NCBI GenBank assembly: GCA_020137815.1
Contig: CM035353.1
Span: 3,348,001-3,412,000, forward strand
From: Hormiphora californensis
Taxonomy: Eukaryota > Animalia > Ctenophora
DNA length: 64,000 bases
Direction of reading: 5' to 3'
Part shown: positions 63,747 to 64,000 of the stretch, piece by piece
Numbering within the stretch: the stretch's first letter is position 1
Layout of the letters: each line of letters begins with the position of its first letter
Translations under genes and position numbers: made by a program
Notes under the pieces: model-generated
What the model saw: only the letters and a program-made list of their open reading frames with translations
The model's database searches: none
Told to the model about the DNA's origin: nothing

Positions 63747-64000
63747 AATGGATTCAAAGTTAATAGGTCAAGCCAGTCAAAAAGTTGAAGAGTTTTACAA
63801 TGTCTGCCTAAATTAATATCGATAGCACGTCACATGTATGCTGGTGGAACATGAATTATTGGCAATTTGCGATTTGTTCAGATCACCTAAACGGTAGAAT
63901 TTTATGAACACAAAGAAAAAAAACTACCGTTTAGTATAGTGTAGTATGTATAGTAGTTTTTACTTCGTGTAACTATAGCTCTCCGACGCCTGTCACGATC

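Overview
This is eukaryotic (animal) genomic DNA, very rich in repeats, with small spliceosomal exons. A ctenophore-like origin is inferred only from my recollection of the 'WDLEGTPLQIKTDS' domain family and is unverified. Almost all long ORFs in the supplied track are artefacts of satellites. Genes reconstructed by hand from GT-AG exons: an ORC2 N-terminal portion (+, 54.0-54.5 kb); a CCDC166/DUF4515-like coiled-coil gene (-, 54.8-62.8 kb) with a pentraxin gene nested antisense in its intron (+, 57.6-59.8 kb); a secreted F-type-lectin/discoidin gene start (+, 43.35-44.0 kb); and a gene with three repeated beta-rich domains plus two sushi domains (-, 45.5-49.4 kb, two +1 frameshifts). The left 43 kb is mostly mobile DNA: a ~2.6-kb tandemly duplicated unit; a Helentron-like insertion; several partial copies of a degenerate gag / 'DAG' protease-like / env-like multi-ORF element; and an 8.57-kb TIR transposon (CCC...GGG ends, 2-bp TSD) carrying BEN-domain exons with a 5-kb G-rich satellite in their intron. 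Other notable patterns are a family of 50-80 bp elements with 9-bp TSDs, MITEs sitting in 5' splice sites, and tandem duplications of splice sites in 14-codon register. Several stretches look like noisy long-read consensus, so single-base indels are unreliable.
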